NCBI RefSeq assembly: GCF_001194135.2
Contig: NC_068983.1
Coordinates: 33,744,843-33,808,842 of the forward strand
From: Octopus bimaculoides
Lineage: Eukaryota
Direction of reading: 5' to 3'
DNA: 64,000 bases
Below the pieces are notes generated by a model, which was given only the letters and a program-made list of their open reading frames with translations, was not told the origin of the DNA and made no database searches. A program made the translations under genes and the position numbers. Below, piece after piece: positions 39,490-52,439 of this stretch; the stretch's first letter is position 1; the number at the start of each line of letters is the position of its first letter.

Positions 39490-39929
39490 CCATGAGAGCC
39501 AGTGTTTGGTACTGCATCGTAGGTAAAGATACACCGGAGTCTTTAGTCATATGTCAAGTCACAATAAGGACTTCAGACAGATAATACTTTCCTTAAGATG
39601 TGCGCTGTGCCCAATAAAGCTGCTTTTTGCAAGACATCAATCTTGCATGGAATTTTCAGTTGCCTTTAGAAGTTTTGAAGTGTCAATAGGATTGAAGCCA
39701 GCTCTCCGATCACCACTGGCATCACTTTTATATTACCCTCTCGCATTCCATGCAGCCTTGCCATTTCCACTTTCAATTCGGTGTACTTGGTGATTTTTCA
39801 AAACTCTTTACTCACAACACTCATGTTATTTGGTATGGCTAGATCAATGATCTGACAGTATTTGTCTCTCTTAGTCAATATGACAATATCCAGTCGACGC
39901 TGTTCGATTACGCGATCCATCTGAAAATC
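39490..39929 (-). mobile_element. R4/Dong-like LINE, copy 4 (REL endonuclease)
   Basis: DFQMDRVIEQRRLDIVILTKRDKYCQIIDLAIP and KITKYTELKVEMARL..VMPVVIG..LQKAALLGTAHILRKVLSV*. Confidence 0.92.
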
Positions 39930-39939
39930 ATCATCATCA

Positions 39940-39999
<60 letters not shown>

Positions 40000-40027
40000 G
40001 TAGTAGTAGTAGTAGTATTTAATAGTC

Positions 40028-40235
40028 CAGCTGGTTGATTTGTTAGTCCGTTGAACAAAATGCTAAGCGGCATTTCCTAGTGCTCATTATGTTCCGCAGG
40101 TGTCAACATTGTATTTTCTCATTGCTCGGTCGAAAAAATACAATACCAGCCACGATGTGGGGGTAGATGGTTTCGAGAAAAATCCCTCCACTCAAAAACT
40201 ATCGGTCTCATGATTAATTTAGAAACAATTATTAT
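40028..40235 (+). mobile_element. SINE family A, degenerate
   Basis: agctgg..gttag..aaatgctaagcggcattt..ggtcgaaaaaata..atacca..ggggtagatg..atccctcc. Confidence 0.65.
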
Positions 40236-40297
40236 TATGAGCGCTCGTAAGTGTTGAGATTAATGCTAGAATTTTTCATTATGAAGAATAATTACAG

Positions 40298-40329
<32 letters not shown>

Positions 40330-40680
40330 ACTTCATCATCATCATCAGAATCAGCAGCAGCAGCAACGTCGTCGTCGTCATCATCATCATCATCATCATC
40401 ATTGTCATCTATGTCATCATCGTCCATTTCCTCAATCACTATGATTATAATCATCATGATGGTCATAACTGATAAATATACAGTTTCTTTAATTCATACT
40501 CCCTATCAGTTTTGAAGTAAGCTGAATAGATTCTTCAGTCTTAATCAGTCTATTTTTCTATACGATTGATTTCTCAAAGAAAGTAATTTCCATTATTTGT
40601 TTGTGAGAAACAAAAACATCGGAGTCCTCTTTAAAAACAAAACAAAAATTATTTTATTGATCGCAATTTATTTTCTTAAT

Positions 40681-40918
40681 TGTACGTTTGTTTCTCTCCA
40701 ATCATGTGCCGATACATATGTACACACACACGTCCCCACACCAACGCACAAATGTTCAAATTTTAATTACATACATACAACAATCCATCCATACATACAT
40801 GCATACATATACATACATACATGTATATATATATATGTATATATATGCATATGAATATGCATATATATATGTGTATTTATATATATATATATATATATAT
40901 GTATATACATATACATAC

Positions 40919-40976
<58 letters not shown>

Positions 40977-43080
40977 GCATATATAAGTATATATATATTT
41001 ATACATACATACATATGCATATATTAGATACATGCTTATGTATGTGTGTGCGCGCGTACATGTATGTGCGTGTATGCGTATGTATCTAAGAATTTATCTT
41101 TTCTATCATATATATTGATTTCCAAATCACATGCGCACATATACTACTATATATCATGTACACTGATGAGCCAGTTTTCTATCAAAAAAGCAATTAATTT
41201 GAAATCGCTATACACAACATTATTTTACATAGTAAGAAATTATTATACCTAATATTAATTTAGAATAAAAGATTTCTAAAACTTACAATCGAAAATTTAT
41301 TTACTATGGTTTTAAAGAAAAATAAAATATCAAGAGACCAAGTATTGTATTTTTCTCTATCTTTATACTTTTATTTTAATCTTTTTCTGAAAATGATTGA
41401 TTTGAATTTATTGATTTAAGCATGTAATTAAACAAAGTTAATTGAATTAATGCAAAATGAACGAAACATTTAACTGATGAGATGCAGGCTCTACATCCAT
41501 ATATAACAGAAAGTGTGTCTGCCTGACTACGCGGTCCGTAGCCGGTCTGCCTGTCTCAGTACTTGATCACATACTTTCTACCAAATTGCGTAAAAACCGA
41601 TATTAATCACTTTCAACATCATCAATTTTACAAAGCATCCTGAAATATAACAGAATTTTCACGGAGAGAGAGGGAGAAAACGAGCGATGAGGAAGAGAGG
41701 GGTGAGAATAGTGTGAGCGGGAGGAGAAAGAGAAAGCAATTTAAACAGACCCTTTGGCAATCACTTGAAGTAAAGTGTAATTTTAGATTTTACGCGTGGT
41801 GTTAAAATTATTGCTACATACGTGGAAAGAAATACCACGTACACGCTTCTGCTGATATCGAGCAAACATATACGAACATACATACAGAAAAACATATATA
41901 GATATGCACATAGATATATACATAGATGCACATGATATACACATAAAGTGTGTAACTATGTATTTGCATGTATTTGCATGTATTCAGATATAGGTATATG
42001 TGCGTGTTACCCACAGAATATGCATATAGACATAGATGTAGATGTATGTGTGCGGAACGGTTGTTAGAAGTTGAGCAGTGAAGAAGTAACTTTCGCAATC
42101 TAATATTCCTGCGTTCCAAACTTAAGATACGATTTATCTGGTATGTTAAGTAATCACTTTTATCGAAGACGCGGAATAAGTTTTGTGGGTAAAATCAAGT
42201 GAATAGAAACTGTGCGGCGACCTGACAGAAATTCCCCGCGAGAGTTACGTTATGTTGATTATACAATTAGCTGCTTATTCAATTAGACATTTACACGTTA
42301 ATAATAGCTAGTTTAGATGATCGAATAGCGAAAATAACCATCGTCGTAATTAGCGGACATCCATTTCCATTTATTTTTTTAATATGAAGAAATGTGTGTG
42401 TAGCTGTATATGCATTTGATTTCTCCATGCAGTGTATTGCTAATAGCAATTTTACTGATGTATTTATTTCGTTTTTCAGTATTGTTTTTGAAATCACTTC
42501 AATAAATGGAGTGAAATGCCATTATTTTATGATTTATGTTAGGTTTATTTTCCAATTTACCAAGTGTAGATTTCCAATCACTGAAGTAATTCGAGATTTC
42601 ATTATATATTGTACTTTTGTTGTGGTTTCAGCTTTTTGTCGGCTTTGGATTTTTTTAATTTTTGCTAGTGTCAGCTAGTCTGGCCAAATCAATAGAGCAG
42701 CCGAATAATACGATGTTGACTGAATGCAATAACTGTCACTGTGATGTGTTCAGAACAAAGATGTTTAATGGTGTTCACAGCTGTAATGCAGCCAGATCTT
42801 TGGATACTTCAATGCTTGTTATTGATGATGTTGCTCTTGTTATTGTTTAGTTTCACATAGGCCAGCTTTCAATATGCAGACTAATGACCAAAGGTCTTCT
42901 AGTCGTGAAAATCTCCTCTGCTTATCATAGGCATAAATATCTTTGACAGAATTCAGAATATGATTTGAAGATCTCGTGTACATTTGTTTCTATCCAATCA
43001 TGTGCCAATACATATGTACACACGCTCCCACACCAACGCACAAATATGCACATTTTAATTACATACATAAAACCATCCAT
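40681..43080 (+). repeat. ~105-bp direct repeat pair (40681-40790 and 42977-43080)
   Basis: tgtac.tttgtttct.tccaatcatgtgcc.atacatatgtacacac...ccacaccaacgcacaaat..ttttaattacatacata is shared. Confidence 0.9.
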
Positions 43081-43107
43081 TCATATATGCATAGATACAT
43101 GCATAGA

Positions 43108-43138
<31 letters not shown>

Positions 43139-43140
43139 GT

Positions 43141-44626
43141 CGAGTGGTAATACAGTAGCCGTTATTGCTGGATCGAGTTCTTAAAATGTTACTTGGTCTA
43201 GTTTGTTCGCAGCAGTAAATGAGCGGCGTATCGTTAATATTTACGTGTTATTCTATATTTTCAATAGCAAAATTTATAGATAAATTGGCTTGTGAGTCTA
43301 AGCTCATGTAATAACTTAAGATAATAACGACGGACCTTCTCATAGAGGATAGGATACCTCGTGAAGTCATTACTGCTAATTTCCGTTTCGGGGACACTCC
43401 CTTATTATAGACCAATTCATACTGAATTCTTTGTTCATTTTTAATTTATTGATGTACTTTGCTTGTGTAGCTGAGTTCTTTGTTTCGTGGTTAGGGAACG
43501 AGTTTATATGCGCCCTATATCTACTTTTAAAATCAATGGTACTACCTATGTAAATCTTTCTAGGTTCATTTAGAGTTGAGACTTCGACTTTATATACGGT
43601 ATTTCTTCTTAAACAGAAGCCTTTAAGGGGACAAAATTCCCTGTTATGACAAGCAATTGAATGTTTTTATTTTGTTTCCAGGTTTAGTCTTAGTATTTGC
43701 AATATCCAAGTCCTTATTATTGTTCTTCGTGTTAGGATCAACTAAGTTATCTCTAATGGTTTCGTTATTTCTAAGTTTAAGTCTGTTATTTGCTGCGATG
43801 ACAGATCCAAGATTGGGTGTGGTAGAAGAGGATAATTTAAGACACGATCCATTAAATATGGAATGGTATTTATGACCAGGTAGGAAGTTCCTATCGATAA
43901 TGCTAAAAAAATAACTTACGGAGGTTTCTTACCTGGAGGGAGAAAGAGGGTATAAACCATACAATTTCCCCTTTCCTCCCAGAATAGTTCCTATTCTGTC
44001 CCGTATCGTTATTGCTATACTTGAAAAATGTATAGTGTCTTCTGAAGTGTGGTTGATTTCTATGTTCGGTGGAGTTATTTATAGGATGCGAGTCAATGTT
44101 AGAATTCGCAATATTTGGAAACTGCTCACCTAATTTGTTTTTAAATATCGTGTTTTTAATATAGTATATGTTACTGTTAAGACCGCTGTCTTTTAGTGCT
44201 GTATTATAAAGCGGTGCAAACTCGTTTATATTTTTTTTAAATTTGCGGATGAATTAGATATTCTTATCGATACGCCTTTAATTATTCCCTTAATGACATT
44301 TTGGGGATGATTTGATAAGGCATGGATATATTAACAGTTTTGTTAGGCTTATGATAGGGATAGAATAAGCCATTATCCAAATTTCATTTCACATCTAATA
44401 TGTTAACACTTTTCGAGAGATTTTCAAATATTATCTCTAATTTGAATAATTTTAAAAAATTATTAATGTTTTCCTAGTCCTATCAGTTGCTAGTTCGGAG
44501 GATTCAGATATGCCGAATAAGGCATCATCTCTATATAGGTCTGGACTAAAGTTAGGGAATTTTCCCCTAATTTTAGAGATTTCAAATAATCCAACAATAT
44601 ATAGTTCAACAATAGTCCAACAAGAA
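43141..44626 (-). mobile_element. Decayed Penelope-like retroelement: RT C-half, CxC-x5-C-type linker and C-terminal GIY-YIG
   Basis: VELYIVGL, DLYRDDAL, VNILDV..YPYHKPN..YIHALSNHPQ, YNTALKDSG, IDRNFLPGHKYHSIFN, CHNREFCPLKGFCL..VYKV..IYIGSTIDFKSRYRAHINSF. Confidence 0.92.
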
Positions 44627-44856
44627 TATATATATATATACATATATATATATACACACACACATATAAGTATATATGCACGCGTGCGTACTTGCGCACG
44701 TATATTAGTATTGGTAAACGCTTGTTTAAATATAAAATATTCAATATTCGTAAACAAGGGGGTGTATATTCTCCTCTTTTTTAATTGTTCAAACGACTCT
44801 CTTACACAATCAGAGAAGTGAAACTAAAAATTATGAATATTCATGTACAGATATCT

Positions 44857-44887
<31 letters not shown>

Positions 44888-45049
44888 TATATATNNNNNN
44901 NNNNNNNNNNNNNNNNNNNNNNNNNNNNNNNNNNNNNNNNNNNNNNNNNNNNNNNNNNNNNNNNNNNNNNNNNNNNNNNNNNNNNNNNNNNNNNNNNNNN
45001 NNNNNNNNNNNNNNNNNNNNNNNNNNNNNNNNNNNNNNNNNNNNNNNNT

Positions 45050-45240
45050 ATATATAAAAGATAATAAGAGTGAAAAAACTACAGAAGGCTTGTGTTACAT
45101 GGTTAAGTATATATTTAAATTATGTCAGAAAAATGTTATAACATTTTTTTGGTATATAAACATTGTATTTTGGATAAATAACCGGTTTTGTGTTGTCTTT
45201 TCAAATTTCTCTACTTCATTGTAACATGTGTTCACTCCAG
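45050..45240 (-). mobile_element. Solo PLE terminal unit next to (TA)n
   Basis: Colinear with 51110-51295, which is the 3' terminus of the PLE at 51110-52333. Confidence 0.75.
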
Positions 45241-45548
45241 TGTACAAAAAAGAGTTCTATATAGGGGGATACACATATACACGTATTCACACACATACAT
45301 AGACACACAAATGCACACACAAATATGTATATTGGGAATGGATACAGGTTTCTGCTTATCAATCCTCAGTTCTATCCACCATCTTGTTTTAGGTCATTAA
45401 CTCACTGGCATCTTCAAAGAACCATTTACGTTGGATACCGAGTAGTTCTGGATTGATTCATCTAATTTACAAAGCTACATAAATTCTAATACGTGTCTAT
45501 TGAGAGCTTTTTTCCTAATTTATATTCCTAAACGTAAACTGCTTATGC

Positions 45549-45549
<1 letters not shown>

Positions 45550-45585
<36 letters not shown>

Positions 45586-45920
45586 CATCTATCTATCTAT
45601 CTATCTATCTTTTATTAATGAGGGTAGAAATTGATATTAATCAATTAAAACCAGTGCTCTGTCTGTTTCTCTGTCTGTATGTCTGTCTGTCTGTATGTCT
45701 GTCTGTATGTCTGTCTGTCTGTATGTCTGTCTGTCTGTATGTCTGTCTGTCTGTCAATTTATCTGCCTGTCTGCCTGGTTTTCTGTCTAGCAATCTATCT
45801 ATTTATCTGCCGGTCAGGTTGTTTATTAGTCTCTCTGTCTTTCTGTCTATCTGTCTGCCTGTCCACCTATCTGTTTATCTGTCTGTTTGTTTACTTATCT
45901 ATCTATCAATCTATCTATCT
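45550..45920. repeat. (TCTA)n / (TCTG)n compound tetranucleotide tract
   Basis: Direct inspection. Confidence 0.95.
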
Positions 45921-46057
45921 TCAACGAAGTAGCATTCAGCAAGACAGCTCTTCTGAAATTAGCGAAGACCGAATGGGTGACTAATTCTGTATCACCACTC
46001 GGATTAGAAAGAAATTGTAACAACATTGGTGAAACAGCCTGCAGAATAAATATTCTT

Positions 46058-46229
46058 TTCTACGCTAGACACAAGGCCTGAAAGTTTCGGCGAGGGGCTA
46101 GTCGATTAGATCGACTCCGGTACGCAACTGTAATTAATTTATCGACCCCGAAAGGATAAAAGGCAAAGTCGACCTCGGCGGAATTTGAACTCACCCGGCG
46201 AGTTAACGTTTCTGCCGGCTCACTGCCTT
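46058..46229 (-). mobile_element. tRNA-headed SINE family A with internal deletion
   Basis: aaggcagtgagccggcagaa..GAGTTCAAATTCC (B box)..gaggtcgactttgcc..ttcggggtcgataaa..ggccttgtg. Confidence 0.85.
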
Positions 46230-46399
46230 CTGCAGAATGAATATTATATTATGGTGGACATGATTTGTGGCGACTCAATACGCCTTCGTATCCTTCAAAT
46301 TTCTATTCGTCTAGTGTAACAATTGTCTCCAGTACATACATACATGCATGCATATGTGTGTGTATGTGTATATGTGAGTGTGTGTTTGAGCACGCATGT

Positions 46400-46985
46400 G
46401 TGTATGTATATATGTATGTATGCCATTATTCCGTTTTATTTCAAGATTTATTGCCAATACAGAAAGACCCGGTTTCGAACCTAGATCTAAGGCTCTTTCA
46501 TTGGAATTTCGACGTCAGCAACAGCATATTTTTGTTTGTTTGTATGTACGTATGTATGTATGTGTGTGTGTATGTATGTATGTATGTATGTATGTATGTG
46601 TGCAGATTTGTATGTTTTGTTTTATGTGTGTATTCTCATGCATATAGTTGCATATCTAGACATATATATTTTAATGATAAACTTCTGGAAAGTTTAAAAG
46701 ATTTTTACAGTTCCACTGATGGATTGGATCTGTAATAATCAAATTAGCTTTCTCCTTTCTGGTTTTGAGAAACCTAATTTCTCAAAATTTTCTCAGCCTG
46801 TTACATATATCAGTGCCCCAATTCTTTCATGTATACACCTGAACTTGTAACCTGTATAGAGTAACTGAAGGTTTCTCAATAATTCCGCGTAGGTATTCTC
46901 TTTTTCATGCTCTGTGTTAACACCCGCTGAGCAGCTAATTTCCACAACTGTGCACCGTTTCTCTTCTCTAACCCAAATCATTATA
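46400..46985 (-). mobile_element. REL-endonuclease LINE 3' end with 3' UTR and (CATA)n tail
   Basis: HNRPDIMIWVREEKRCTVVEISCSAGVN..KENTYAELLRNLQLLY..IGAL, then FEKLGFSK..LQIQSISGTVKI. Confidence 0.88.
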
Positions 46986-47751
46986 TCAGGTCTGTTGTGC
47001 TTTATGTATGTATGTATGTGTCTATCTATGTATCTATCCATCTATCTATGTATCTATCCATCTATCTATATATATTTTCCCCTGGGTAATAAACATAGTA
47101 ATCGAAGTAAAGGTAGACGTTTAGGCTTAGAAGGAAGTGGATGTCAGTGTAATCGTGTAGAGTATATGAAAACGTAAATAACCAACTGAATGTGCAACGA
47201 AAAATATAATAACCACGATACTTGTTGCCGACGGTAGATGCATTTTTAAAAGGGTGTTTAATGTTTCTTACTGAAATCTGTTATCTGAAAGTGGAATAAT
47301 TGCGAAAAAGCAAAAGAACGAGAGGCAAATGAGAAAAAGTTGCTAAGGAAATCAAATAATGCCAAAAACGATATGTGTTACTTATGCTTGCGCCATTCAG
47401 GAAAGCGATATCGCCATTGCTTAGCGAAGACAAATGGCTTTCAGCAATCAATGATTTCAATGGGAGATAGTTGTCGAGAACGCGGTCGGTGTGTGTTTGT
47501 GTGTGTTGTGCAATAGAGTTTCTGGATGACTATATGAAAGTTAGTTGTTCATTTAAGTGAGTAATTGTGCATACGTGTGTGTTTCTGCGTATTCTTTTTG
47601 ATGTGCTGTGTATGTTTGTATTTACAGTGTATCTGCTTTTGTATGTTTGTGAAAGTGAAATGTGTGGATCAACAGCTAGAGTCTACGTGTGTATGCGTGT
47701 GTTGAGCTTTATTTTGGAATATATTTATCTGTTCGTTGAGCGTATTGCTGT

Positions 47752-48782
47752 GTGTGTGAATTTGTTGTATGTGTGGATTTGTTGTGTGTGTGGATTTGTT
47801 GTGTGTGTGGATTTGTTGTGTGTGTGGATTTGTTGTGTGAGTGGATTTGTTGTGTGTGTGGATTTGTTGTGTGNNNNNNNNNNNNNNNNNNNNNNNNNNN
47901 NNNNNNNNNNNNNNNNNNNNNNNNNNNNNNNNNNNNNNNNNNNNNNNNNNNNNNNNNNNNNNNNNNNNNNNNNNNNNNNNNNNNNNNNNNNNNNNNNNNN
48001 NNNNNNNNNNNNNNNNNNNNNNNNNNNNNNNNNNNNNNNNNNNNNNNNNNNNNNNNNNNNNNNNNNNNNNNNNNNNNNNNNNNNNNNNNNNNNNNNNNNN
48101 NNNNNNNNNNNNNNNNNNNNNNNNNNNNNNNNNNNNNNNNNNNNNNNNNNNNNNNNNNNNNNNNNNNNNNNNNNNNNNNNNNNNNNNNNNNNNNNNNNNN
48201 NNNNNNNNNNNNNNNNNNNNNNNNNNNNNNNNNNNNNNNNNNNNNNNNNNNNNNNNNNNNNNNNNNNNNNNNNNNNNNNNNNNNNNNNNNNNNNNNNNNN
48301 NNNNNNNNNNNNNNNNNNNNNNNNNNNNNNNNNNNNNNNNNNNNNNNNNNNNNNNNNNNNNNNNNNNNNNNNNNNNNNNNNNNNNNNNNNNNNNNNNNNN
48401 NNNNNNNNNNNNNNNNNNNNNNNNNNNNNNNNNNNNNNNNNNNNNNNNNNNNNNNNNNNNNNNNNNNNNNNNNNNNNNNNNNNNNNNNNNNNNNNNNNNN
48501 NNNNNNNNNNNNNNNNNNNNNNNNNNNNNNNNNNNNNNNNNNNNNNNNNNNNNNNNNNTGTTGTGTGAGTGGATTTGTTGTGTGTGTGGATTTGATGTGT
48601 GAGTGGATTTGTTGTGTGAGTGGATTTGTTGTGTGTGTGGATTTGTTGTGTGAGTGGATTTGTTGTGTGTGTGGATTTGTTGTGTGTGTGGATTTGTTGT
48701 GTGTGTGGATTTGTTGTGTGTGTGGATTTGTTGTGTGTGTGGATTTGTTGTGCGTGTGGATTTGTTGTGTGTGTGGATTTGA
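47752..48782. repeat. 17-bp minisatellite (GGATTTGTTGTGTG[T/A]GT)n spanning a gap
   Basis: Regular 17-nt period, which produces the 17-aa Cys/Val repeat ORFs. Confidence 0.97.
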
Positions 48783-50495
48783 CCTATGTACTTAGTATGC
48801 GTGTCATTGTACGCTAGGGATGCGTTCGTGTGTTTGATATAAAGGTATTAGTTGAATTTACCTGTGACCCTGCTCTTATGTATATGCTAGGTTCTATATA
48901 GTCGAATTATTTGCGATTGTCATTGTATTCTAGATACTTCGGTATCTCTCATTTTTTTAGTTGTAACTTACGTTCATAAAAGCTAACAGGAATGTTTTTT
49001 TCCCTCTCAACCTAATATTTAGGAGTTAATTTCTTTGTTACAGTAATATAAATTGATTGCGCATGTGTGTAAATACGCTTTTTAACATTTTTGGTATTTG
49101 TTGCATAGATATCTATATCCTTCGTATCCACTTCATATTGTCATGTCTCCAACATTTCCCTTCTCGTTTCCATATTCAAATAGCTGCTATGTTGTCAGCA
49201 AATAAGATTACTATTCTTTCCTTTACCTATTTTACTACATACATACATTTCCACACCATAATTATTATATGCCATTCGGGTTTCATCCTTCTTGAATGAC
49301 TGAACATCAGAAAGGAGAAACTCAGAGTAATGTTTACTTAAGTTTCATAATCCACTGAAAGATGTATAAAGCTGCTTCACTGATAAGTACTATCTCCTCT
49401 CTTTTCCTACTGAACTATTTACATATGCATGCACACATATGAAAAGACACACGTACGCACGCTCTCACATATACGCCTTTAAACAGACGTGTATGTGAGG
49501 TCTTAAAGCGACTCAGCAGCACAAATCTTTGAATCGTATTCATTATGTGTTCGTTTTATCGTCATCGTTCGTTCCAATTATTTTATATTCACCCATAGTG
49601 ACTACGATTTTTAGAATACACGCAACAGTATCACTAAAATTCCGTTGTATTTCCTCCTGGTTGATGTATACAAAAACCATTCAGATATAAAATGATGCCT
49701 CAGCCTAAGGTTACATATACATATCAAGTTTATTTGCTCTAATCTAGATTATTCCACTGCACCCTATTTCCTTCGTGTCGACATGCTGTCATAGCTATAA
49801 TGAAATTTTGATCAGGTGCAGATTACTGGTTGTCAAAAACATCTTTTATTCTTCAGATCTGCTACTACCTACCGAGCCTTCACAAAAATAGCAGAAAGAA
49901 AAGCAGAAAAAAAAAAAAAGAAAATGACCTACCTATTTGAAAACTATGGAGAAAACTATTTGAAAATATCACATAAATTTTCTTTAATTTAATTGTTTTT
50001 CTTGCCTTCCTCTAAGATGAAGAAGGAAAAAGGACTGAAACTGCTACTAAATTCTTCTTTATGATAAAATTAATTTAGCATTTTCCACCTTGTCTTATTT
50101 TCCTTATATATAGCCACAAGAGACGCTGATCAAGCCGAGCGGCCCAACGTGGTCAATAAATGGACGGACGTGATAACCATTGTTAGCCATGACCGAAAGT
50201 GGCCTGTAATATAAACATAGATGTATGTTGTGTGTGTATATGTATCGTTAAACATATGTCAACGTACTTTTGAAACAATGCTTATATCTGCGGCTATTAT
50301 TCCCAAAAGAATGACTTTTAACTTTTATCAATGGCACTTGTGGAAGTAAATGCATATTAGTTGGGTGTGATTTTAATGGAAAGTTCAATTAAATTTCCCT
50401 GCAATAATAACTGTCTGGAAGAAATATAACCAAAATTTAATAAAGCACTAGATGTGAGTTTAAACAGAGTGATATATCTATATATATATATATAT

Positions 50496-50554
<59 letters not shown>

Positions 50555-51109
50555 NNNNNNNNNNNNNNNNNNNNNNNNNNNNNNNNNNNNNNNNNNNNNN
50601 NNNNNNNNNNNNNNNNNNNNNNNNNNNNNNNNNNNNNNNNNNNNNNNNNNNNNNNNNNNNNNNNNNNNNNNNNNNNNNNNNNNNNNNNNNNNNNNNNNNN
50701 NNNNNNNNNNNNNNNNNNNNNNNNNNNNNNNNNNNNNNNNNNNNNNNNNNNNNNNNNNNNNNNNNNNNNNNNNNNNNNNNNNNNNNNNNNNNNNNNNNNN
50801 NNNNNNNNNNNNNNNNNNNNNNNNNNNNNNNNNNNNNNNNNNNNNNNNNNNNNNNNNNNNNNNNNNNNNNNNNNNNNNNNNNNNNNNNNNNNNNNNNNNN
50901 NNNNNNNNNNNNNNNNNNNNNNNNNNNNNNNNNNNNNNNNNNNNNNNNNNNNNNNNNNNNNNNNNNNNNNNNNNNNNNNNNNNNNNNNNNNNNNNNNNNN
51001 NNNNNNNNNNNNNNNNNNNNNNNNNNNNNNNNNNNNNNNNNNNNNNNNNNNNNNNNNNNNNNNNNNNNNNNNNNNNNNNNNNNTATATATATATATATAT
51101 ATATATATA

Positions 51110-52332
51110 TGTAAAACAATATAAAATGAACAAACTATAGAAGACTTATATTATATGGTTGAAAATATATAAAAATCGTCATGTTAGGAAAATGTTATAA
51201 AATTTTGTGTATGGTGACATTGTTTTTGGAGAAATAACCAGTTTCGAATTTTCTTTTCAAATTTCTCAAATTTCTTTACCGGTATTGTGTCATCTCTTCG
51301 ATATGGTATTATTTAGAAGAGTTCCAAACAGGGCGCGGTAATCAGGGATTTTTTCGGTATAAGGCAGATAATAAAAATGTTGGGAATGACTAGGTTTTGT
51401 TAATTTAACATGATTTGGTTTTGACAATAAAATGTTAGACGTGGTTAAGTTTTGGCTTATATTTTTCAATGAGGTATGTTTCATTATTTAAAAATGCTAG
51501 ACAAGTTTAAGTTTTTGCATATATTTTTCAATGAAGTTAGTTTCCTTATTTAATCTAACTTGTGTTGGTGTTCCAATGGCACATTGATAAAATGGGAAGA
51601 TAACAAATTGTGATAGCAGTTGCTTTGCGCATCTATCAATGTTTTCAATAAAAGGTATAATTCTGTATTCTGAGAATGCAATCTGCTGTCGGTGCAGAGT
51701 GCATCTGCGTCTGAGAGATAACCTCTTGGACCCTATGTAGTTTTAGAGGCAGCCCGAGCATCTTATAACATAAATCAGGTTTTCTGAGGCTGAATTAAGA
51801 TCAGATTTTATTTTGAATTTTTGTCCCTCTTTAAGAAGGAATTCTGATCCTTCTAGAAGATTCGGGCATGTTGAGCAATTTGGTTGACCACATTTGTTTC
51901 ACTTTTCGTCAGTTACTTTAGAAAATAATTTTGCCTTTGTGAGGCTCTTTTTTAGTGACTTCGGTTATTTGTGGCTTTTAATGATCTTTTGTGTGTGCAC
52001 AATTTCCTTTAATTTGTGGTCCTTATGTAGCATTGATAGATTTTGGGTGATGGTGACGAAGGCCTCTTGGTTTCTGGGGTCATATGTGGATGTGTACAGC
52101 TGTATTTTCGGGGAAGGCGTGCTGAACTTTTCTTAAGGTTTTTATGTCGATTTGTGTTGCACATCCGATTCCATACTCAATGAGTTGAACTGAGTAGTAT
52201 CTGTCAATGAGGGTGTTTTCAGTTCTTGCAGTGTAAGGTCTCTGCCATTATTTTCTGACACTTTGGTGTATGTCCTTGCAAGGTTGAAGGGGATGTTTGT
52301 TTTGTTGTGTCTTGGGTGGCATGAATGAAATA

Positions 52333-52333
<1 letters not shown>
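51110..52333 (-). mobile_element. Decayed Neptune-like PLE: RT thumb, Cys linker, GIY-YIG and 3' terminus
   Basis: SCHPRHNKTNIPFNLAR, CGQPNCSTCP linker, NLIYVIRCSGCL*NYIG..LRRRCTLHRQQI..FVIFPFY. The ORF ends near 51490. The clade label is inference. Confidence 0.9.
51229..51267 (-). ncRNA. Minimal type I hammerhead-like motif with U3-A8 core
   Basis: GAGAAAU UUGAAAA GAAAAUUC GAAAC UG GUU AUUUCUC has a perfect 7-bp stem I. The homologue at 45173-45211 has stem III palindrome ACCGGU but GAAA mutated to AAAA. Confidence 0.55.
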
Positions 52334-52366
<33 letters not shown>

Positions 52367-52439
52367 CAGAATGGGACAAGAAATCAAAACATCTACACAG
52401 TTAGGTGTATACAAGAAAGGGAAAAACATATAGATAGAC

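Noticed and set aside
47752-48782. CRISPR-like array
   Set aside because: The units are contiguous with no unique spacers, there are no cas genes, and the context is eukaryotic.
47567-48817. Cys/Val-rich repeat protein (CVDLLCVWICCVCGFVV)n
   Set aside because: It is the translation of the 17-bp minisatellite and is open in several frames, so it is not evidence of coding.
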